A DNA stretch of 64,000 nt from Octopus sinensis (Eukaryota). Below the pieces are notes generated by a model. The model saw only the letters and a list, made by a program, of their open reading frames with translations, was not told where the DNA came from and ran no database searches. The translations under genes were made by a program, and so were the position numbers. This document shows positions 12,271 to 23,388 of the stretch, piece after piece. Where the stretch lies: positions 237,493 through 301,492 of the forward strand of contig NW_021830031.1 in assembly GCF_006345805.1 (NCBI RefSeq), in the 5' to 3' direction. Every line of letters starts with the position of its first letter. The stretch's first letter is position 1.

Positions 12271-13327
12271 CGTCGTCGACGTTTTCGTCCTTGGTCATCG
12301 TCTTCAAGCAGGTTTCGTGAGATGTTCGCAATGGCTAACGAGATTTGACAAGGTGAGTAACAATTGAATTATGGAACTACTACATAAAACGAATAACGCA
12401 ACATGTCAGTTTATGCTGTGAACTATAATGGAGAAGCAATTAAATTAAGACTAACATTATTAGCATCTCTAGGCTTAATGACGTCACCATTGCTCGTCAT
12501 CTGACATGGCGGCGATCGTCTGCTTGAGAGCTTTTAGAAGTGGACATATAGATATTGCTAAATGGATTGAATGAGTTAATGCCGAATTGAACAAAAGTGA
12601 TCAAGAAAATGGCTAGGGGTTCGTACCATGTCATTGAACGGCAAATAACCGAATGATTAAGAAGTTTGTTTTGTAATACTGAAATCCTGGTTTCGTTCCT
12701 ACTGTGCTGCTTCCGTGGTAAGTGTCTTTTATTATCTGTATTGTCTTGGGTTAATCCGTGTCTTGTTAGTGAAATTGTGTAGACGGAAACTGTACGGAAA
12801 CCCGTCTGATAGATTATAACAAGTCGAAAGGTTCAGCCCTGGCATACATCCTAGATGGGAACAGGGCTTTTTTAGCATCATTATAGTTCCCCAGGCAAAT
12901 CAATGCGCTGAGCTGCATAGTATCTATTTTTTTAGAACAAGCTACACCATATATACATCAGAATTGGGCTCCTAGACCTGTAAGGGCTGCAGGCAACTGC
13001 CTGCTGTGTGCATACTTTAAAACGACCCTGGATGGGAATTGAACTATAAAAGATGCAAATTCATGACTTTGGACCGAATGTTAGAATCCTCCTCCCTCCT
13101 CCCTCCCTTAGTTGTTGTTTTTACGGTGGTGGTGGGGGTGATGGTGGCTGTTGTCATTGACATCACCATCATCATTGTCATCGTCGTCGTCATTTGATGG
13201 TCGTCATTTGATTGGACGTCGTCATCGCTCACCACCACGACGATCATCATCATCATCATTATCCCCGTTGTTATCGTCGTGGTCATCACTTGGAGGTGTT
13301 TTGTGATCATGGTGCTAATGGTAGTGA

Positions 13328-13461
13328 CAGGGCAGGCCCTAGGTTTGCTGGCGCCATGGGCAAGCTGAACCTCGGCGTGTAACGCTATCCTTGCCCCCAC
13401 TCCCCCAGCAGATGGCGCCCCGAGTGACTGCCCGAGTTGTCGGTATCTTGAGCCGGCCCTG
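13328..13461. mobile_element. hAT-type MITE
   Basis: TIRs CAGGGCAGGC / GCCGGCCCTG; 8-bp TSD ggtagtga / ggtagtgg (7/8 match). Confidence 0.7.
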
Positions 13462-13824
13462 GGTAGTGGTCGTCTTACCGGTTCTGCCAGACAATTCCGT
13501 TAAAGGTACACATGTCTGCAGATTACCCAGCCGTTTTCAGTTCAAATCCTGTCATCTTCCAAGATGGGAAGAGGAAGCGGGTGGCACTTCAATTAAGAGT
13601 TGTGACCGACAAATTGTTTCAGTAATGTGATTTAGAAAAAAAAAAAAAAAAGAAAAAAATCGGAAACATCATTTGTTTGGTTCGATTGGAAGATGGTCAG
13701 AGATGCGACAATTAAACCGGTAACCAATTTTTTCACACAAAATAATTTTTTTCAAACAAAGTAAATAAAACACAAAATAAATAATTTTTTTCACACAAAG
13801 TAAATAATTTTTTCAAACAAAATT

Positions 13825-14228
13825 TGTGGTAAGTAGCTTGCTAACCAACCACATGGTTCCGGGTTCAGTCCCACTGCGTGGCATCTTGGGCAAGTGTCTT
13901 CTGCTTTAGCCCCGGGCCGACCAATGCCTTGTGAGTGGATTTGGTAGACGGAAACTGAAAGAAGCCCGTCGTATATATGTATATATACATATGTGCGTGT
14001 ATGTATGTGCATCTGTGTTTGTCCACCTAGCATTGCTTGACAACCTATGCTGGTGTGTTTATGTCCCCGTCACTTAGCGGTTTGGGAAAAGAGACCGATA
14101 GAATAAGTACTGGGCTTACAAAGAATAAGTTCCGGGTTCGAGTTGCTCGATTAAAGGCGGTGCTCCAGCATGGCCGCAGTCAAATGACTGAAACAAGTAA
14201 AAAAGAGTAAAAAAGAGTAAAGAGTAAA
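13825..14228 (+). mobile_element. SINE family B, CORE-like with an internal microsatellite (other copies: 1-135, 14825-15500, 31160-31560, 42375-42735, 52615-53025, 53040-53285, 54760-55115, 56520-56690)
   Basis: tRNA-like head tgtggtaagtagcttgct..gggttcagtcccactg, CORE-like GGCA(T/C)CTTGGGCAAGTGTCTT, internal TA/TG repeat, tail ..gactgaaacaagtaaaagag. Confidence 0.75.
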
Positions 14229-15251
14229 ACACAAAATAAATAATTTTCTCAAACCAAGTAAATAATTTTTTTCAAACAAAGAAAATAAAACACAAAGTAA
14301 GGATCAGCTAGTCACGACTAACAAGTGCGCGCACCGGGGCCACTCTTCTTAAGTAGTACCCTATAAATAATATATGGATAAATATATCTCTCCCCCACTT
14401 TCCTTCTTTCTCGTTCAGGTTATATCGTCTCCAACGTCGTCACCACCCGTCCATCATTCTACCCCATTCTACCCACAGATCAACAATTTTTATTAATCAC
14501 GTTTTACAAAATTAAATTAGAGAATTGGTCAAAACGGGGAACATAATTGAAAAAAGTTAAAAAGAAAAAAAAAGAAAGAAAATCTGGAATGTTAATCCGT
14601 GTCTTGTTAGTGAAATTGTGTAGACGGAAACTGTACGGAAACCCGTCTGATAGATTATAACAAGTCGAAAGGTTCAGCCCTGGCATACATCCTAGATGGG
14701 AACAGGGCCTTTTTAGCATCATTATAGTTCTCCAGGCAAATCAATGCGCTGAGCTGCATAGTATCTATTTTTTTTAGAACAAGCTACACCATATATACAT
14801 CAGAATTGGGCTCCTAGGCCATACAGGCGTAGGAATGGATGTGTGGTAAAGTAGCTTGCTTACCAACCATATGTGTCTACTACTATAGCCTTGGGCCGAC
14901 CAAAGCCTTGTGAGTGGATTTGGTAGACGGAAACTGAAAGCCCGTCGTATATATGTATATATATATTAGAAGGTTTGGAGATGATGTACAGGTATTTTAT
15001 ATTAGAAGAAATGCGGTACTCAGAAATGTATCAGTATGTGACCTCGTCTGTACCACTAGCGATTTTTTCCCCCTGTCTTCCCTTCTCGGGATCTTTCCTT
15101 CTCCTATGTTTCCGACGAAGAGCTCCGCTTGAAACGTCAAACCCCACTTCTTCCCTTTTTTTCCTAAGCGTCCAATAATACTTTATTTGTTCCATGTCCT
15201 TGCGTTGTTGTGTTTTTTTGTTTTTGTTTTTTTGTTTGGATTAACTTCAAC

Positions 15252-15302
<51 letters not shown>

Positions 15303-15303
15303 G

Positions 15304-15338
<35 letters not shown>

Positions 15339-15909
15339 TGTGTCTGTGTTTGTCCGTGTAACTTAGCGGTTCGGCAATAGAGGCCGATAAAATAAGTTCT
15401 AGGCTTACAAAGAATAAGTCCTGGGGTCGATTTGCTCGACTAAAGGTGATACTCCAGCATGGCCACAGTCAAATGACTGAAACAAATGAAAGAATAAAAG
15501 AACATAGATAGTTACACAGAGGCATGTTTTAATACATATACGGGGCTTTTGTCCACTTTCACACTTTAAGTAGGGGCTTTTGTCCGTACCTCTGTTCAGG
15601 ACCCCCAGCTATCAAGATAGCTATTTCTTTACAGCCCACAAGGGGCTAAACACAGAAGGGACAAACAAGGACAGACATAGGTATTAAGTCGATTACATCG
15701 ACCCCAGTGCGTAACTGGTACTTAATTTATCGACCCCGAAACGATGAAAGGCAAAGTCGACCTCGGCGGAATTTGAACCCATAACGTAACGGCAGACGAA
15801 ATACAGCTACGCATTTCGCCCGGCGTGCTAACGTTTCTGCCAGCTCGCCGCCTTAAAAACACATCAAGATAGCACCCCCCCCAGTTGCAATCGGCTGGCT
15901 ACGTGGCTG

Positions 15910-16709
15910 CCTGCTACCCAGCAGCCAGTAAACACTGCCGCTAGTGTTGCTGCTGATAAGTAAGTGATTCACCATACTCCCTATGTTGGTGACGTCACTT
16001 GTCTTAGACGTTTACTTTACACAATGGTAAGAACATATATTTACCATTCAACATACAATGTCTATAAAAACTTTTAAATAATTGATTTAAAGATATTAAA
16101 AATATTTTAAACTAGAAAATGTAAGGATTGAATATCTTGACAATATAGCAGGTAATTAAATGTGATTGGAATAAATAATTTACACATCAGTGGGTGTAAC
16201 ATTAACTTGTGTTAATAAAGTCTGTGGTAAAGAGGCAAAAATTATCGCTTCTCGGCCTTTTGGCTAAGATCAAAGTGTAGTATCTGTTCTTATCAGCTTA
16301 ATATCTGATACGGTCCCTATTTGGGACCATCGATATTAAACTGATTTTTAGAACGAGGCGAAGAGTTAGGGGCTTGCTCCGCCTTTGCCACGGGTTGGCC
16401 TGGTATTGCAGTGCTTCCAGGATTCAGCCCATCTCCCACCCGGGAGATACAAATAAATAATAATGTCAGATATGTTATTACAGCCCCTCCCCTCAATTTT
16501 TTTTTTTTTTTCTTCATCATCGCAGCGGGTTTTCCGTTATCTATCGTTGCTAAAAAGACCTTCCTCGCCGTTAGCAAGCGATTCACGTTCGATCCCGCCT
16601 CAACCCATTTCCTTCCTCTTTGCTTTCTCATTTCAAATCCCGTCATCGCTTTCACACCACCGCCTGCCAGCTTCAGTGTCTTTAGAGGGGACCCTTTTTT
16701 CTTCTAAGC
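15910..16709 (+). repeat. Left arm of ~800-bp inverted repeat containing U2 and its flanks
   Basis: Reverse complement of 22479-23252, from cctgctacccagcagccagt to gggacccttttttcttctaagc, with scattered substitutions and indels. Confidence 0.92.
16244..16434 (+). ncRNA. U2: U2 spliceosomal snRNA gene, copy 1
   Basis: ATCGCTTCTCGGCCTTTTGGCTAAGATCAAAGTGTAGTATCTGTTCTT 5' end, branch-recognition GTAGTA, Sm site GATTTTTAG, loop IV CCTGG-TATTGCAGTGCTT-CCAGG; ~190 nt. Confidence 0.97.
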
Positions 16710-17292
16710 CCCACACGGCTTCGGCAGAAGGTAATGGGCGAAGCTTCTGCTGACTCTTTCGCCACAACTTCCTCTCACTCTTTCCTCTTGCAGCTCACCT
16801 GCAATGAACCGGCGTCCTATCCAGGTAAGGAACCTATATGCCAAGGAAGAGACGGAAATACATACTGGCGTTTATTGTGATTTAAAAACCTCCCACCCGT
16901 GACAATCGCATTTGCTATTTTCTCCCAGAGACTATGCTCGTAAGTAGTTATGGTGTCAGATACCAGAATTCCTACCAATTGAGCCTGTCTGTTAGCTGCT
17001 ATTTCTACTTGGTTGATAGATAGGGAATGTCACTTCTTTCGTGCACCCACATTGTTTGCAACTATTATACTTACCTGGCACAGATTTTTCCTCGGATTAC
17101 GTCGGATTATTTTACGCTGTAAGCTGTTATGTTAGTTCATTCTGTTTGTTCTGGATTTACACGTAGAATTTTTGGATTATTATCTTGTGGAACAAAGTAA
17201 TTTTCGCCCTTCGGAGTAGAAAATTTCTTTTTATATATGAACTATTAACTCAGTGTGGAATTAACTTTTATCTTGTCACTTGAATTTTAATA

Positions 17293-18733
17293 TGGATCTT
17301 GAAAGCAAAAGGATACAAAGGAGAAACAAAGTTTTTCGGAAGCTGTTGGAGGCAATGTTATAGAACTGGAAGTAGCAATGGGGGAACTCTTCCAGTTCAG
17401 AAAGTTAATACAAAGGAATGGAGAAGAAACAAGATTAATACCGCCCCCTGAAACTTTACAAGCAATCCGTGAGAAGACGGTAATTTACAAAGTGTATAAC
17501 ATTAAAGAGAAAAAAATAGCGGATGTAAAAAATGAATTGGTAGAACGTTGTATGGCGCCAATTTGGAATAAGGTTCGCTATGTTGGCCGAGGAGTGAGAA
17601 GCGCTACGATAGAAGCGCATTTCGAGTCGGCTAGCATAGCGAAGGAAATTTCAACACAAACGTTGAAAAGTGAAGACATCCTGTTGCTGCCCACTTACTT
17701 AGGCCGCAGCACAGCCAAAGTAACAATAGAGGACATACCAAGAGGTTACGATGTAATGTGGGCAGCAACAGCAGTCATATTTGACGTAGAGGAGAAATTG
17801 AACATTTTAAACATGAGGATGAAAGAGGCGAAATTTTGGAAAGGCCAGCAGCTTGAAATGATCATTCAAGCGGACAACGCAACGCTGGAGAGTTTGCCAG
17901 TCAGGGTGTTCGTGGGGGATGGATACACTATGCGGGTATCGGTGGAGGGACGTAGGCCCAGATGTTTCAAATGTGGACAGAAGGGTCACGTTCGCTCAGA
18001 ATGCAAAAAGGAAAAAAAAACGTTAATGCCCACCCTTCAAACCGCTGTGGAGAAAACAAAGCAGACATCACAGCAACAACAAAAGAGAACACCCGGAAAA
18101 AGCAAACTGAAAGTCAAAAGGAGGAAAAGAAAATGAATGGAAAACGAAACGAAAACGAAAAGGTGGAAAATAATTTATCAAATGGAAAAGAACTGGAAGT
18201 AATGGAATATACGACTGTAACCAACAAAAGGAAGAAATCCATACCCCGGACTCCCCACCCCAAACAAAAAGAAAAACAAACGCAGAAGAACAACACAAAA
18301 AAATTATCCAATCCCACCCCGCTGGCACTACTTTTGTAGGCCAGCATTTCATTAAACCCCAGCCCCTTTAAAAGGATTAAAAAAAAAACAGATAGGTGCA
18401 TTGCTTATAATGCGAAAAACGAGAGAGTGGTATGGTTCATAAAGGCGAAACCAAACATAAAATGTTTCAAGTCGACGGAAAAAGACCCGGATTGGAGGTA
18501 TGCGAAGGTTGGAGAGGAAGAGTGAAAGGAGAGACTCTTCCAACTACACGTAAAAGCCAACCTAATAAAAGATGTCACACAAGAGGTGATAGCTGGGAAA
18601 TTGAATATTAGCCCGGCAGCCACTCCATCACAGAGCCCGGTGGCAACGCCGGTGAAATGCCCAGCAACTACGGAGAGTGTGGGGGAGACAGGCAGACATA
18701 AGTTGCCATGCTCCCTCTCACAAACGTAAGTAA
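17293..18733 (+). pseudogene. Tx1-like ORF1 (gag-like nucleic-acid-binding protein), frameshifted; longest open part 17378..18136
   Basis: VSVEGRRPRCFKCGQKGHVRSEC (CX2CX4HX4C). An upstream ATG at 17293 and a KQSFSEAVGG segment join the main frame only through a frameshift; the Lys-rich C-terminal part is broken. Confidence 0.75.
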
Positions 18734-18753
18734 CAAACTTTCTTCATTCATTG

Positions 18754-21700
18754 ATGATTAAGTTGGGCTGTATAAATGTGCGTGGATTGGGGTCGAAATG
18801 GAAACAGGCTTGTTTGCTGAACGACCTCATGACACACAGAATAGATGTAGCCATTGTCACCGAGTCCAAGATGAGAGGAACCCAAGCGTTCTCGCATCTT
18901 CTCAATGGTTACGAGAAATTTATTTCTCCTAGCCGAGGAGGAAGTGCAGGCGTGGTAGTCCTTATCAGGAAGAACTTGGACTTACAGGTAAGTACTGTCT
19001 TTCTGGACCCAGAAGGTAGGCTGGTTGTCCTCGATGTAACTCACATGAGTAAGCAGTCCTTCGGGTTGGTAGCTGTTTATGCTCCTAATGAGGGTAGGCA
19101 GAATGGTTTTTATCGGAACTTGGAGCACTTTCTAGTGACGTTTAAAACGGTAGTATTGGTAGGGGATTTCAACACTATCATCGATGCGCGGATCGATAGT
19201 GTGGGCTCGTCTGATAGAAGAGGGAATCCTTGCCTCAAGGGTCTACTGACGAGCTTTAATCTAGTAGATCGGTTTCGAATGGATGAGCCGAGCTTTCCAC
19301 AGTGGACGTGGAGTAACAATGACGGCTCACGCAGATCGTATAAAGATAGGGTATTTGTTAGAGAACGAGATAGGAATAGCATTAGCTGTCCACAATTTTG
19401 TATTGTGCCATACACGGATCACAAACTAGTGACGTGTGAGGTACATGTAGATAAATGCCATAGACAGGGACCCGGGTACTGGAAAATGAACAAGTCTATT
19501 TTGGCTTGTGAAGCTTTCCGTAACCGGATTATGGAATTAGTCCAGAGGACATTATGTGGAACCATCATTAATAATCCGTTTGGAGTCCATTAAATTTAGC
19601 AACCAGCTAAGTTTAGAGAGTACTAGAATAGAGGGCGATTTAGTTAAGAACTTAGACGAGGCAATGGGATCTGGCTGTGCATCTAGAGTGTTAGGAGAGA
19701 GAACGGTCTTGTACCGTCACCTCAATGCCAAGCATGAAGGGTGTAGAGTCAGAGCTAAGCTACGTGCAGTGAAATGAGAAGGTATTAGTATTGCCAGATG
19801 GGCACGTCGTGTGGAGAGTCAGAAGGGCAAAAAGTCCTGTATTAAGTCTTTAACTGACGAACAGGGATGCAAAATCTATGGACAGGAGGTAATATAGAAG
19901 GTCTTTCAACAGCATTTCGCTCGGTTGTTTGGGGAGGGCGATCCACTCGAGCGAGGGGAGGACTTACAGAACTTCCTAGCTGGTGGGCCTCGGCTCTCGC
20001 CACGCGGAGCGGAATGCTGTGAAGGACCGATTACTCCCGCGGAGGTAAGAGAGGTTTTGGCTGAATGCGCCCGGGAAAAGTCGCCGGGACTGGATGGTCT
20101 GCCCTATGAGTTTTATTGTTGTATGCCGGACTTGTTCGGGGACATACTGGCAAGCGTCTACGCAAACTGGCAACAGAACGGGAGGATTCCCAGTTCTGTG
20201 AGCCGGGGAGTTGTGACGCTGATCCAGAAAGACCCGAGCAAGGGGGATAATATTAGTAATTATAGGCCCATAACTCTACTTAGTGTAGAGTTAAAGATTT
20301 TGGCCAAGGTGTTAGCAGAAAGGTTGAAGGTCGTCATGAAGAAACTTGTTGGGAAGGCACAGACATGTGCAATCCCAGGCAGGTCGATCGAAGATAATCT
20401 TCACCTTCTCTGCTACTACTATAGACAGGGTTGAGCAATTAGCCGGCAAAGGAGGGGCATTGGTCCATTTAGACCAAAGTAAAGCATTTGATGGGGTAGA
20501 TCATCAGTACCTGGCGACGGTTCTCGAAGCGGCTGGGCTAGGCCCTGACTTTCGCCGGTGGATCGCAGCTATGTACAGCGGTATCAAGTCCACAGTCCAG
20601 GTAAAAGGTTACCTAATGGAACCGTTTTCGATTAAGCGTTCAGTTCGTCAAGGATGTCCCTTGTCCCCTCTCCTGTACGTTTTGGCTCTTGAGCCATTGC
20701 TGCGGAAGTTGGAGACGGTGGGATGCAATCCTAATGAAATCGGATGCGGTAAGTCTGTTTCTGCTTATGCGGATGACGTCACCTTCATCGTGTCCAACGA
20801 AGCACAACTAACTCGTGTAGAAGGTGCTCTCCGAAGATACGAAGCGGTGGCAGGGGCAAAAGTTAACAAGGACAAGTCCACTGGTTTGCGCCTCGGCACC
20901 TGGAGGAACAAGCCGATATCGTCCAGTGCTGTTGGACACTGGACAGATGGTCCTATTAAATTGCTTGGAGTTTGGTTTGGTTCAGACTCCCAGACGGAGA
21001 AGAATTGGAGCGAGGTAGTGACCAAGGTAGAAGCATTAGCACGGAAGTGGTCCGGAAGGCATCTATCCTTGAAAGGGAGGGCGGAGGTAGTACAGGTGTT
21101 TATAGCATCTGTCATCACCTATCGCCTGACCGTCGTGCCTTGCCCCGATTTGTGGCTAAGCAAGTTGGATCGACTCCTTTTCCGCTTTTTGTGGAAGGGA
21201 GTAAAGCCACTTGTAAGGCGCTCCGTGTGTTGCCAGGAACCACTAAAGGGTGGGCTGGGGATGCCTTGGTTAATGATGCGCAGGCATGCGCTGAGACCGA
21301 GACATCTCTGGTTTCACCTGGCGGGTGATAAGGTGTGGAGTTCGCTGGCAGATAAATTCTTCCCGCGACCGGACTCTATGGAGAGATTTAAACCCGGTTT
21401 CATTAAAAGACGGAATCTGACTTTATGGCAGAAGGAGTGTCGACAGGCACTCTGGCTGATCCACAAGATAGGCAAAGCCGGCAGCGGGAATACAACCTCG
21501 ACATTTTATAGATGGATGGTAGAGGCAAAAAATGACGGCATCTTAGGAGGGGCTCTGGGGTTCGATGAGGATCAACTATCCAACCTGTTTAAGAAGACTT
21601 TCAGGCCGGGGTATTTGGATAATTACCAAAAATCCCTGACTTGGCAGTGCTATAGGAATGCTCTACCTGTTCGCGATAAGTTATATAGGCATGGAATGTC

Positions 21701-22124
21701 AGTGCCACCGACATGTCCAAGATGTGGGTTGGACAATGAAACCGTTCAGCACGCTTTTGTACATTGTCAGGAGCTGTCAGGCTTAATAAGTTACGTAGAA
21801 CACGTGTTGTCACATCTGGGACGAGTACAGCTATCGGCTGGTTCTATGATTAAGATGATACCGCCAGCTGGACTCTCAAAGGAAGGTGAGGCTTGTTTTC
21901 ACTGTACGGTGTCAGTACTGAAAGAGTGTGTGTGGATAACTAGAATGGCAAGTTTGGTGACAGGATCCTTTGTCTCTGGATATGGTATGTTAAAATACTT
22001 CAGATACCATCTGAAGAGCAAGATGGATTTGGAGAAGAGGAACCTGACACAGAAAAAGTATGTGAATCGATGGAAGGATGTGATAAAAAAGGTGGGTGTG
22101 AGTAACCCTGCTTGGTCATCATGA
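18754..22124 (+). pseudogene. Tx1-like ORF2 (APE endonuclease-reverse transcriptase), disrupted
   Basis: APE: LGCINVRGL, VAVYAPN, LVGDFN, DRVFV, YTDHKLV, GPGYWKMN. RT: KSPGLDGLPYEFY, NYRPITLL, LDQSKAFD, VRQGCPLSPLLY, AYADDVT. C-terminal CPRCGLDNETVQHAFVHC. Frameshifts near 19575 and 20415; stops near 19775 and 19895. Confidence 0.92.
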
Positions 22125-22478
22125 AAGGTGAAAATAGTCTCTGGGCTCTTAGGCTGTCGAGTAAGAATATTTACTGTGATATACCTATCTGGCCAAAATT
22201 ATTTTAAATTAAAAAAAAAAAAGGAGTAAAGTAAAGTCTAGAATTGTAATCAATAATCAACATATGTAAATATCAAATGAATAACATAAACTTTTTGTAA
22301 TTATGTTTTGTATTGTAATGTCCTATCTCTGTAACGATTTTTATAATCATAATAAAGATTTTATACTTTGTAGTAGTAAATGGGAAATGCAGTTTCACCG
22401 TAACTTTGCTTGGCACCTGAGACTGGTGTGAAAGATAGAGAGGGAAAAGTATACTTAACATGGAGACCTGAATCGACT

Positions 22479-23252
22479 GCTTAGAAGAAAAAAGGGTCCC
22501 CTCTAAAGGTACTGAAGCTGGCAGGCGGTGGTGTGAAAGCGATGACGGGATTTGACATGAGAAAGCAAAGAGGAAGGAAATGGGTTGAGGCGGGATCGAA
22601 CGTGAATCGCTTGCTGACGGCGAGGAAGGTCTTTTTAGCAACGATCGGAAAACCCGCTGCGATGATGAAAAAAAAAAAAAAGGGGAGGGGCTGTAATAAC
22701 ATATCTGACATTATTATTCATTTGTATCTCCATGGTGGGAGTTGGGCTGAATCCTGGAAGCACTGCAATACCAGGCCAACCCGTGGCAAAGGCGGAGCAA
22801 GCCCCTAACTCTTCGCCTCGTCCTAAAAATCAGTTTAATATCGATGGTCCCAAATAGGGACCGTATCAGATATTAAGCTGATAAGAACAGATACTACACT
22901 TTGATCTTAGCCAAAAGGCCGAGAAGCGATAATTTTGACCTCTTTACCACAGACTATATTTACAAAGTTAATGTTACACCCACTGATGTGTAAATTATTT
23001 ATTCCAATCACATTTAATTACCTGCTATATTGTCAAGATATTCAATCCTTACATTTTCTAGTTTAAAATATTTTTAATATCTTTAAATCAATTATTTTAA
23101 AGTTTATATAGATATTGTATGTTGAATGGTAAATATACGTTCTTACCATTGTGTAAAGTAAACGTCTAAGACAAGTGACGTCGCCAAGCTAGGGGGGCTG
23201 GGCGAATCACTCATCAGCAGTGTGGGCTATTGACTGGCTGCTGGGTAGCAGG
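22479..23252 (-). repeat. Right arm of the U2-containing inverted repeat
   Basis: Reverse complement of 15910-16709. Confidence 0.92.
22740..22930 (-). ncRNA. U2: U2 spliceosomal snRNA gene, copy 2
   Basis: Reverse complement gives a full U2; differs from copy 1 at about two positions (TTTTTAGGAC vs TTTTTAGAAC; CCCAACT vs CCCATCT). Confidence 0.97.
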
Positions 23253-23388
23253 TCACACTGCATGAATCTGACTGACCTCTGACCAGAGCGTTCAATCCTC
23301 AATTAGTGCATCTTACATTCAAGTCATATTTATAGACCAATAATAAATATCTATTTCAGCGACACCGCTACGGAAAATGGGATTTTTG

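Larger units (their letters stand above)
12750..14817 (+). repeat. ~226-bp near-identical direct duplication (12750-12975 and 14591-14817)
   Basis: gttaatccgtgtcttgttagtg...cagaattgggctcctag occurs twice with few differences. Confidence 0.9.
17081..22367 (+). mobile_element. Near-full-length Tx1/L1-clade non-LTR retrotransposon, decayed; ends approximate
   Basis: 5' UTR, ORF1 with CCHC knuckle, ORF2 with APE endonuclease + RT + C-terminal Cys motif, AT-rich 3' UTR with AATAAA at 22351. Confidence 0.9.

Noticed and set aside
16586-16605. B-box-like GTTCGATCCC downstream of U2 (possible tRNA)
   Set aside because: No A-box or cloverleaf could be built.
16718-16729. GCTTCGGCAGAA resembling the U6 5' stem-loop
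   Set aside because: Only 12 nt, no ACAGAGA box or continuation, and explained as one arm of a local hairpin.
16317-16753. ORFs mirrored at 22273-22808 that look like a duplicated small gene
   Set aside because: They overlap U2 and its 3' flank, and the mirroring is explained by the inverted repeat.
16244-22930. Calling the LINE a Keno or Utopia element
   Set aside because: Both U2 genes are uninterrupted, and the element has an APE endonuclease, unlike Utopia.
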